Source: Podarcis pityusensis (taxonomy: Eukaryota). From it: 64,000 nt of DNA. A model generated the notes under the pieces. That model was not told the origin of the DNA. It saw only the letters and a program-made list of their open reading frames with translations, and did not search any database. Both the position numbers and the translations under genes were made by a program. The stretch is taken from NCBI GenBank assembly GCA_964106645.2, contig OZ067038.1; one strand, given 5' to 3'. Below are positions 53,701 to 62,700 of this stretch, one piece after another (the stretch's first letter is position 1; each line of letters opens with the position of its first letter).

Positions 53701-56700
53701 TGGACTTACAGATGGCCATTTCTATGAATTTAGGGTTTCTGCTGAAAATGCTGCTGGTGTTGGTGAACCTAGTGAACCATCAGTTTTCTATCGAGCCTGT
53801 GATGCAGTGTATCCACCAGGCCCTCCAAGCAATCCGAAGGTGACAGATACCTCCAGATCATCTGTGTCCCTTGCATGGAACAAGCCCATTTACGATGGTG
53901 GTGCACCTGTTAAAGGATACATTGTGGAATTTAAAGAAGCTACTGCTGATGAATGGACAACTTGCACACCTCCATCAGGTTTACAAGGAAAGCAATTCAC
54001 AGTAGAAAAACTTAAAGAGAATAGTGAGTATAATTTCCGCATCTGTGCTATGAACTCTGAAGGAGTTGGAGAACCAGCAACTATACCTGGTAGTGTTGTT
54101 GCTGCTGAAAAAATTGAACCTCCTGAAATTGAACTTGATGCAGATCTCAGAAAAGTTGTCACCGTACGTGCTAGTGGCACATTGCGATTGTTTGTCACTA
54201 TCAAAGGGAGGCCAGAGCCAGAAGTAAAGTGGGAGAAAGCAGAAGGCACTCTGAGCGACAGAGCCCAGATTGAGGCTACCAGTTCATATACAATGTTGGT
54301 CATTGATAATGTAAACAGATTTGACAGTGGTAGATATAACCTGACCTTAGAAAACAATAGTGGCAAAAAATCTGCTTTTGTTAACGTGAGAGTGCTTGAT
54401 ACACCAAGTGCACCTGTGAACTTGAACATCAGAGAAGTGAAGAAAGATTCAGTGACATTAGCTTGGGAGCCCCCACTTATTGATGGTGGTGCTAAAATTA
54501 CAAATTACATCATTGAAAAACGAGAAACCACAAGAAAGGCATATGCCACTATTACAAATAACTGTGCCAAGAATGTCTTCAGAATTGATCAGCTACAGGA
54601 AGGATGTAGTTACTACTTCCGTGTCTTGGCGGCAAATGAATATGGAGTTGGTTTGCCAGCAGAAACAACTGAACCAGTTAAGGCTTCTGAACCACCCTAT
54701 CCACCTGGAAAAGTTACCCTTGTTGATGTTACACGCCACACTGCTACTATTAAATGGGAGAAACCTGAGAGTGATGGTGGCAGTAAAATAACTGGCTATG
54801 TAGTAGAAATGCAAACTAAAGGAAGTGAAAAATGGAGCACCTGCACACAAGTTAAAACATTAGAAGCAACAGTATCAGGATTAAGTATGGGAGAAGAATA
54901 CACTTTCCGAGTATGTGCTGTCAACGAAAAAGGGAAGAGTGATCCAAGACAGCTTGGGGTTCCAGTAGTTGCGAAGGATATTGAAATCCAGCCTTCAGTT
55001 GAGCTCCTTTTCAATACTTTCAGTGTTAAAGCTGGTGAAGATCTTAAGATTGATGTGCCCATCAGAGGAAGGCCAGTTCCATCAGTTAGCTGGAAGAAGG
55101 ATGGACTGCCTTTAAGGGAGACAACAAGGGTAAATGTCCACACATCAAAGACATCAACCTCACTAACAATCAAGGAAGCATTGAAAGAAGATGTAGGGAG
55201 TTATGAATTAAATGTTTCAAACAGTGCTGGCTCTACAACAGCTTCCATTACTGTAATTGTACTGGACAAGCCAGGACCTCCAACAGCATTGCATATTGAC
55301 AATGTCAGCAATGATAATGTAACCATATCTTGGAAACCCCCGGAGTATGATGGTGGATGTCAAATTAATAATTATATTGTGGAGAAGAGAGAAACAACTA
55401 CTACAACATGGAGTATAGTGTCTGCGGCAGTTGCACGAACTTCGATAAAAATAATTCGCTTAACCACAGGATCAGAGTATCAATTCCGTGTTTCTGCAGA
55501 AAATCGCTATGGCAGGAGCACCTTCGTTGAAACTGCACCTGTTGTTGCAGAGTATCCATTTAGTCTTCCTGGACCACCTGGTACTCCCCGAGTAACACAC
55601 GCAACTAAAGCCTTCATGGTTGTAACCTGGCAAGAGCCAGTTAATGACGGAGGTAGCAGAGTACTTGGTTATCACCTTGAGCGTAAAGAAAGAAGCAGCA
55701 TCCTTTGGACTAAAGTAAATAAAACCCTTATAAGTGACACACAGATGAAGGTCACAGGCCTTGATGAAGGACTAATGTATGAATATCGTGTGTATGCAGA
55801 AAACATTGTAGGAATAGGTAAATGTAGCAAATCATGTGAGCCTGTTGCTGCAAGGGACCCATGTGATCCTCCTGGCCAACCAGAAGTGACTAACATTACA
55901 AGAACATGTGTCTCACTCAAATGGACCAAACCAGAATATGATGGTGGTGCTAAGATCACAGGCTATATTATAGAGCGGAAAGAGTTACCAGATGGTCGTT
56001 GGCTGAAGTGCAACTTCACCAATGTGCAAGAAACTTTCTTTGATGTAACAGGACTTACTGAAGACCAGCGATATGAATTCCATGTAATTGCAAGGAATGC
56101 TGCTGGACTATTTAGTGAGCCATCTGAATCAACTGGGCCAGTGACTGTAAAGGATGATGTTGAGGCTCCAAGAATTATGATGGATGTCAAATTCAGGGAT
56201 GTTGTTGTTGTTAAAGCTGGAGAGATCTTGAAAATCAATGCCGATATTGCAGGGCGACCCTTACCAGTAGTTTCATGGACAAAGGATGGCAAAGACATTG
56301 AAGAGAAAGCAAGAGTTGAAATTGTTTCAACTGACAGCACTACTGCAATAACTGTCAAAGACTGCATTCGACGTGATTCAGGGCAATATGTGCTAACATT
56401 ACAAAATGTTGCTGGAGTTAGATCATTGGCTGTCAATTGCAAAGTACTTGATAGACCTGGTCCACCAGCAGCCCCACTAGAAATCAAAGGACTTACTGCT
56501 GAAAAATGTCATCTGTCATGGGGACCGCCTCAAGAAAATGGAGGTGCAGAGATTGACTATTATATTGTGGAAAAGCGTGAGACCAGTAGAATTGCATGGA
56601 CTCTTTGTGAAGCAGAGCATCCAACAACATCCTGCAAAGTGACAAAACTACTTAGAGGAAATGAATACATCTTCAGAGTGATGGGGGTTAACAAGTATGG

Positions 56701-59700
56701 TGTTGGTGAACCTTTGGAAAGTGAAGCTGTCAAGGCCCTTGATCCATTTACTGTTCCAAGCCCACCTACATCTTTAGAGATTACTAGTGTGACAAAGGAG
56801 TCCATGACTATTTGCTGGGCAAGACCTGACAGTGATGGAGGTAATGAAATTTCTGGATATGTGATTGAAAGGCGTGAGAAAAACAGCCTGAGGTGGATAC
56901 GTGTGAACAAAAAGCCCGTTTTTGATCTAAGGGTAAAATCTTCAGGCCTTCGGCAAGGATGTGAATATGAATATCGGGTATTTGCAGAAAACGCTGCAGG
57001 TCTTAGTCTTCCTAGTGATACTTCACCACTCATTAAAGCAGAAGATCCTGTTTTCCTTCCATCACCTCCATCTAGGCCTAAGATTGTGGACTCTACAAGG
57101 TCACATATAACAATTGGATGGACAAAGCCATTATTTGATGGTGGTGCTCCTGTTACTGGATACACAGTTGAATACAAGCTAACCAGTGAAACTGATTGGT
57201 CAACTGCTATTCAAAGCTTAAGAGGTACAGAATACACTGTAATCGGTCTTACATCAGGAGCTGAATATGTTTTCAGAGTAAGGTCTATCAACAAGGTTGG
57301 CACTAGTGAGCCAAGTGATGTTTCAGAACCTCAGGTGGCAAAAGAAAGGGAAGAAGAGCCTGCATTTGATATTGACAATGAAATGAGAAAGACTTTAGTC
57401 GTGAAAGCTGGTGCCTCATTTACAATGACTGTACCTTTCAGAGGAAAGCCTATCCCTAATGTAATGTGGAGCAAGCCAGATACTGACCTTCGTACTCGAG
57501 CAAGTATTGATACTTCAGATAACCGCACCTCAATTACTGTTGAAAAAGCAACAAGGAATGACTCTGGAAAGTATACACTAACATTGCAAAATATTGTAAG
57601 CACAGCTACTTTGACATTAGTTGTCAAAGTGCTTGACTCACCGGGACCTCCGTCTAATATCGTTGTAAAAGATGTCACAAAAGAATCAGCCGTGTTATCT
57701 TGGGAAGCTCCTGAGAACGATGGAGGTGCTCCTGTGAAGAACTATTATATTGAAAAACGAGAAGCAAGCAAGAAAGCTTGGGTCACTGTAACCAACAATT
57801 GCCATCGTCTTTCCTACAAAGTTACCAGTCTGCAAGAAGGTGGAATTTATTACTTCAGAGTCTCTGGAGAAAATGAGTTTGGTGTTGGAGTCCCAACTGA
57901 AACAAAGGATGGAGTGAAAATAACAGGTTTGTTCTTTAAAATATGTTAATTATATATGCATGTGAGTGCATGACTATCTACCCATGCATACACATGCACA
58001 CTAATTGTTTACAGGACTTTAGTCTTAATGTGTAATGTTTATATTACTGTTATTAATTTATTGTAAGGCAGTAATCAAATTTTTAGGTGTCTTGAAAACA
58101 CCTAATAACTCTAATAATATTTTAATATAGGCATGCAAGATAAAACTTCACTATTTAGGGAAGTTTTTAATGTTTAATGCTGTGTTGTGTTTTTAATATC
58201 CGATTGGGAGCCGCACAGAGTGGCTGCGGAAACCCAGCCAGATGGGCGGGGTATAAATTATTATTAGTATTAGTATTATTAAAATGTACAGCTTTCCTGT
58301 GGAAAATATGTGCTTGCTGAATACATTAAAATTAAGTGGAATGCATATGACACATTTGCTCTCGATTCATCTTCTATTTATTCATTTCTTGATCATCTTC
58401 TCTTTATTTTTCAGAAAAACCAAGCCCACCCGAAAAACTGGGAGTATCAAACGTTACTAAAGATAGTGTATCTCTTGTGTGGCTAAAGCCAGAACATGAT
58501 GGAGGAAGCAGAGTTGTCGGCTACCTTGTTGAAGCCCTAGAGAAGGGGCAGCAGAAATGGGTCAGATGTGCTGTAGTCAAGACAACTCATCATATTGTCC
58601 AGGGTCTCAAGGAGAATGCGGAGTACTTCTTTAGAGTATTTGCTGAAAACCAAGCTGGTCTAAGTGACCCCAAAGAGCTTCTTCATGCCGTTACAGTTAA
58701 AGAACAACTAGGTATGTGGAAATGGTGCATTCTTCTTGGAATCACCTCGGTGACACTGATGGCAATTTGGCATCTGCTAAAAACAGATCATAATAACATG
58801 TCTATTTTGATCTAAAGTTGACTGGTATTTTACTTATTCTTTAAGTTTTGATGTAATTTTAATGTGTATGTGTATACTGCCTTGTGATGTTTACATGAAA
58901 GGTGGCATAAAAATAGTTTTAATTAATAAATAATAAATAGTTAGCATAGAGCTCATACAAATTCAGATGAAAATGCACTTGAAAACCATTGTTTATAACA
59001 TTTTGCAAATGTATTTTTTCAGAATCTCCTGAAGTCGACATGAAAGGTTTCCCGAACCACACCGTTTATGTAAGAGCAGGTTCAAACCTAAAGGTAGAGA
59101 TTCCAGTTTCTGGAAGACCATTGCCGAAGGTGACTTTATCCAGGGACGGCATTCCTCTCAAACCAACAATGAGGTTTAACACTGAAACCACAGCTGAAAG
59201 TGTCATCGTTAATCTCAAAGAAAGTGTGGCTACTGATTCTGGTAGATATGACATCACAGCTTCCAACTCCAGTGGAACTACTAAATCTTTCCTTAAGATT
59301 GTTGTCCTAGACAGACCAGGCCCTCCAGTTGGTCCTGTTGTTGTAAGTGATATCACTGAACAAGGTCTTACCCTTAAGTGGGAGCCACCTCGTTATGATG
59401 GCGGAAGTCAAGTTACCAACTACATTGTACTGAAAAGAGAAACAAGCACTGCTGTGTGGTCTGAAGTGTCTGCAACTGTTGCTAGAAACATGATTAAGAT
59501 CACGAAACTAACAACAGGAGAAGAATATCAATTCCGTATTAAAGCAGAAAATCGCTTTGGCATAAGTGACCATATTGACTCAGCATGTATAACTGTTAAG
59601 CTTCCTTACAGTAAGTGACTTTTTGTTTGCTCATTTTCTGAGTTTTTCAGGCATGTATTTATGATTTATTAACCTGTACTTAATATTCATTTAGCACCCC

Positions 59701-62700
59701 CTGGACCACCTTCCACACCATGGATCACCAACGTGACTCGAGAAAGCATCGTTGTTGGATGGCATGAACCTGTTTCCAATGGAGGCAGTGCAGTCATTGG
59801 CTACCATTTGGAAATGAAGGACAGGAACAGTATTTTATGGAAGAAAGCTAACAAAATGATTATACGCACAACTCACTTCAAGGCCTCCAATATCACCGCC
59901 GGTCTCATTTATGAGTTCAGAGTGTATGCAGAAAATGCAGCTGGTATTGGAAAAGCAAGCCATCCATCTGATGCAGTTCTTGCTATAGATGCCTGTGGTA
60001 TGTAGTCTGTAGTAAAGGATAAGAATCATATTTCAAATAATGAATTTAATAGAAAATATTTATTTGGTGAGTCATTGTTGAATGAACACATTAATTCCAA
60101 ATGTTGTTGCTGTTTCATACTGCAGAGCCGCCAAGAACCCTTCGTGTCAAAGATATTTCCAAAACATTTGTCAATCTTTCTTGGACACAGCCAGCTTTTG
60201 ATGGTGGCAGCAAAATTACTGGATATATTGTTGAGAAACGTGATCTTCCAAATGGAAGATGGACAAAAGCAAGCTTCACCAATGTCATTGAGACTAATTT
60301 CACTGTATCAGGATTGACTCAAAACTCCCAATATGAATTCCGTGTTTTTGCTAAGAATGCTGCTGGTTCAATTAGCAATCCATCTGATGTTTTAGGCCCT
60401 ATAACATGCGTGGATACATATGGTAAGAAATTAATAACGCATAACCACTGATATCCAGTTATATGTTTGAGTTTAAGGTAAATACTGTTAACAGAAATTC
60501 TAATTTGAATTCAGGGGCCTTAGCTGGGCAGCACAGTACAGTTTCAAGCTTGCCTTTCACTATCAGAGGATACTAGGAAATTATTATTTGGCACTGAATG
60601 CTGCTTTGTTATCAATCTTTCTGAGAATTTCAAAAATGTTAATATATTTTCTATTCCGCTTCTTTTTCATTAAGGTGCACCTGAAATTGATGTACCCCCA
60701 GAATATACAGAAGTAGTCAAATACAAAGCAGACACAGCAATTAAACTGAAACTTGGCATCTCAGGAAAGCCTGTGCCTACAATTGAGTGGTTCCACAATG
60801 GTAAAGAAATACATACCAGTGCCCAGGTATCCATTGAAAACACCACAGAATTTTCAGCTATACTGATCAAAGAAGCAACTCGTATTAACAGCGGAAGTTA
60901 CGAACTGAAATTAAAGAATGCCATGGGTTCTGCATCTGCCACCATTAGGGTACAGATACTTGGTATGTTTGGGGCATTTTTATATTGTTTTCTTCTGTCA
61001 ATTCAACTAGCTGTGTCCATTATTGCCTATTTAAAATATATATTTTTCTTGCATATTAAACAGATAAACCAGGACCACCAGGTGGACCTATACATTTCAA
61101 AACTGTCACCGCAGAAAAGATTACCCTTATGTGGCAACCGCCAGCAGATGATGGAGGTGCTGCTGTAACACATTACATTGTTGAGAAACGTGAGACAAGC
61201 CGTGTGGTATGGTCTGTGGTTTCAGAGAAACTTGAAGAATGCATTGTCACTACCACAAAAGTCATAAAAGGAAATGAATATATATTCCGAGTACGAGGCG
61301 TAAACAAATTTGGTGTTGGTGAGCCACTGGAATCTGACACTGTCATAGCTAAAAATGCATTTGGTAAGTTAAAGCAGATGGCCATTAATACCTTTTTTAT
61401 TATCTCTAGGTGATTACCTATTAGTTTATATTGACCTAATGTTATTTTTGTTTCAATAAAAATGCAGTTACACCTGGACAACCTGGTATACCAGAGGCTT
61501 CCATGATAACTAAACAGTCTATGACCATAGTCTGGAGCAGACCAACTGTAGATGGTGGTAGCGAGATAAATGGATATTACCTTGAGAAACGGGATAAGAA
61601 AAGTCTAAGCTGGTTCAAGGTGTCTAAAGAAACCATTCGTGACACCAGGCAGAAAGTGACGGGACTAACAGAAAACAGTGAATATCAGTTCAGAGTTTCT
61701 GCTGTGAATGCAGCTGGGCAAGGTCCCTTCTCTGATGCATCGGACTTCTACAAAGCTGAAGATCCTATAGGTAAGAAACCTTTCATTTGATTGTGCAAAA
61801 ATGCAAAGGTCAAATTATATACATTCTTGAAATTGTGTAAGGGCACATGTTGCTCTAAGTTATTGCTATTAGTTGTCAGGGTTGTCAAGTCTCATTTTTG
61901 TTACTTGCATTTTGCAGAAAAACCTGGGCCACCTCTTAAGCTAAAAGTTGTGGATACTACAAAGACATCTGTCACACTCAGCTGGACTAAACCAGCCTAT
62001 GATGGAGGAAGTGCAATTACCAGCTATGCTATTGAAAAGAGAGAAGGGGAAGAAGAAGAATGGACTCTGGTCAGTGCAAGAGGAGAAGTGCGAACCACAG
62101 AGTATGTTGTTTCTCACCTTCAGCCAGGAATCAATTACTACTTCCGTGTAGCTGCTATAAATTATGCTGGACAAGGTGAACCCATTGAAATGACAGAAGC
62201 TGTACAAGCTAAAGACATACTTGGTATGTAAATTCTATTATTATATTTAATATTCAGTATTTTCATCTTTTCCCCAAATACGAATTATTTTTCTTTTAAC
62301 TTAATTTTATTATTATTTTATTTTTTGCAGAGGAGGCACAGATTGATCTAGATGTTGCTCTCAGAACCTCCATTGTGGCTAAAGCAGGTGAAGATGTACA
62401 GATAATGATTCCATTCAAAGGAAGACCACCTCCAACTGTCACATGGAGAAAGGGTGACAAAAATCTAGGTGTTGATGAAAGATACAGCATTCAGAACACA
62501 GAATCGTCCACACTCCTTAGTATTCCTCAAGTCACTCGCAATGACACAGGAAAATATGTCCTCACTATTGAGAATGGAGTTGGAAAACCCAAAACTTCAT
62601 TTGTGAACGTTAAAGTCCTTGACACTCCATCTGCATGCCAGAGACTGCATCTTAAACATGTTTCTCGTGGAACTGTGACATTGGTATGGGACCCACCACT

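Noticed and set aside
40945-57678. Recurrent minus-strand ORFs up to 205 aa as an antisense gene
   Set aside because: Codon-shadow ORFs of titin that recur at super-repeat-equivalent positions; no independent evidence
59641-59650. Decoy acceptor tttttcag 44 nt upstream of exon ~329
   Set aside because: Would leave a 40-nt intron, too short to splice, and shift the frame
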